The position numbers and the translations under genes were made by a program. From positions 15,252,001 to 15,316,000 of the forward strand of contig NC_092674.1 in the NCBI RefSeq assembly GCF_964355755.1: a stretch of 64,000 bases of DNA, in the 5' to 3' direction. This document shows, in pieces, positions 62,118 to 64,000 of this stretch; within the stretch, counting starts at the first letter, position 1, and each line of letters opens with the position of its first letter. A model generated the notes under the pieces. That model was not told where the DNA came from, made no database searches, and worked only from the letters and a program-made list of their open reading frames with translations. This DNA is from Antedon mediterranea. Lineage: Eukaryota; Animalia; Echinodermata.

Positions 62118-64000
62118 ATTGTTAGAAAAAAAATATGCCAAAGTAAAATAAACAAATATAATTGGTTTTAAGCAGTGTGAAAGTACCGGTATGTAAATAA
62201 ATTGTATGTTGTTTTAAGATGGAAAAGATTTTTGTAAAACCGTTCGTTCATAATTTAATATATTTGAAGGTTGTCTAGGAACTTTTGTATGAAATGTCAT
62301 CATGTTAAAAATGTACTTTTTCTGATGGTTTGTCCTAATCTAATTTAAATTTGTTACATCATGTTTTTTTTTAGTATTTTGTATATTTATATAAGGAATG
62401 TTTGTAACAAAATAAATGTTGCTTTTACAGTACTGTTATTTTCAAACTGGAAAATGTGATTCCGCGTTAAATCTCACTCATTTATTACTGTATTCCACAA
62501 TGTTTAATTTATCTTTAATTATAATAATCATCAACGAATAACTTCAATCTAATATGTAAATTCATTATTTAATTATTACAAACCATCGTTGCTTAGTACA
62601 AATATGTCAGGATAATATTATTAACATCAAGAAATCATTAAGGAAAAGAGACACTATGTGAAGTCGGTAATAAATATGTATTTATAAATAAAGTGTTAAG
62701 ACTAAACATTGACTGAATTGACAACATTGTTTTATGTCGTCATCATTTACTAGTATCGTTCATAGTGCAGATATAAACAGATCAACAGAACAAAATAAAT
62801 ACACTATTTTAGCAATAAACACTATCTCATATAAACAAATCATTACAACTTTTTTTACTACAGAAAAAAAACTTAAATATTATAAGAAAGAAAAATTCAC
62901 ATGGAATGGATTTCACATCACAACTGAGAATAAAATAAAACATTTACACAAGAAATATGTTGAGTAGATATGTAAATTTTGAATTACATCATTTAACATT
63001 AAAACTAAAATATTTGTGATTGCCTGTAAAACAAGTGAGTCCCCTATAGACTCCACATGAATATAAAAAAACCACAACACATTTCTCTTTTATTTTGTAC
63101 TTTTTTTTTACAAATGTATAAAGAAATCAGACAACTATCTGGTAAACACAATGATCTATGCTTGGTCACTAACGATATGGTACATACACTAATGACGGAC
63201 CTTACTGTATATGGCGTTTACCTATCTATACAAAAAACGCTAGCATAGAAACTATTCGCTGTGTTTATTAGTACTTTTAGATATCACCTCAATAATATTG
63301 ACTAGAAGACGTCTCTTTCAATTCTTCTGTCAACAACAAATCAATAAATGCAAAACCAAAAATTATTCTAAAATGAATAATGGGTTTCAATCTTTTTTCC
63401 AATACATTTTTAATATAATAAACATGCTCTCATTTGACTGATATTTTTGAAGACTTAAGGAGCAAAATTACAACTGTACACATGTAATGTACTTGAATGC
63501 ATTATAATGAGGAAAAAAAAACCAAAACACTTAGTCCAAAGTAAATAAGAATAATCATGAAAACGCTTTTTAAAGCATGCCACACAAGCCTTCATTGACA
63601 TGCTTTACAATCTTTCATAAAAATAAACTAGCGTGGTGGTAAAATTAGGTTGTACATCAGGTTTTACATCCCTATTAAGCAATTATACATTATATCTAAT
63701 AATCCACTGTCTTATAGACTAACTGTAAATTAGGTTCATTTGCTTTGTTTGTCTGAGACAAATGTAAAAGGAAATGTTTTATTTTTTGCACTTTTCTGCA
63801 TCAATCACAACTGAGCCACAAATTTATCTTACATTATTACTATAATAAATTCTAAAAATAAACAATGAAAACAAGAAGAATAGGTCACATTGTTACTAAC
63901 AATGTACATGATATGCAACAACACACATTGTTACTAACAATGTACATGATATGCAACAACAACCTTTACATATTTATATAGATGAAAACCTTGCAGCATT

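Noticed and set aside
62150-64000. Short ORFs and a possible 3' UTR of a neighbouring minus-strand gene
   Set aside because: AT-rich sequence with no recognisable coding motifs or splice structure. A UTR is plausible but cannot be supported from this window.

Overview
AT-rich animal genomic DNA, probably an invertebrate deuterostome such as an echinoderm (inferred from composition, TE families and an EGF-CUB-EGF head; not proven). Positions 1-30 kb are a transposon graveyard. It holds a 32-bp satellite derived from the endonuclease region of a decayed L2/CR1 LINE, a Kolobok-like MITE, HIRAN-like and BEN-like gene relics, a Merlin pseudogene, and a nest in which a Sola2 element carries a Crypton-like hairpin element and a TAGG-ended hAT with a 7-bp TSD, itself interrupted by a 2-kb TIR element. 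Positions 31.7-53.2 kb (minus strand) hold an apparently intact 29-exon VWF/gel-forming-mucin-family gene of about 2890 aa: SP-RSKR-EGF-CUB-partial EGF-D1-D2-D'-D3-PTS(14-aa repeats)-C8-C8-TIL-C8-TIL-CK. It has no D4 assembly and its cystine knot lacks the three interchain cysteines. Positions 53.7-62.1 kb hold two Helitron copies, a decayed Academ element and two of three tiny palindromes flanked by 7-bp duplications that resemble P-element excision footprints (the third lies in mucin intron 1). All calls were made by eye; no database searches were run.
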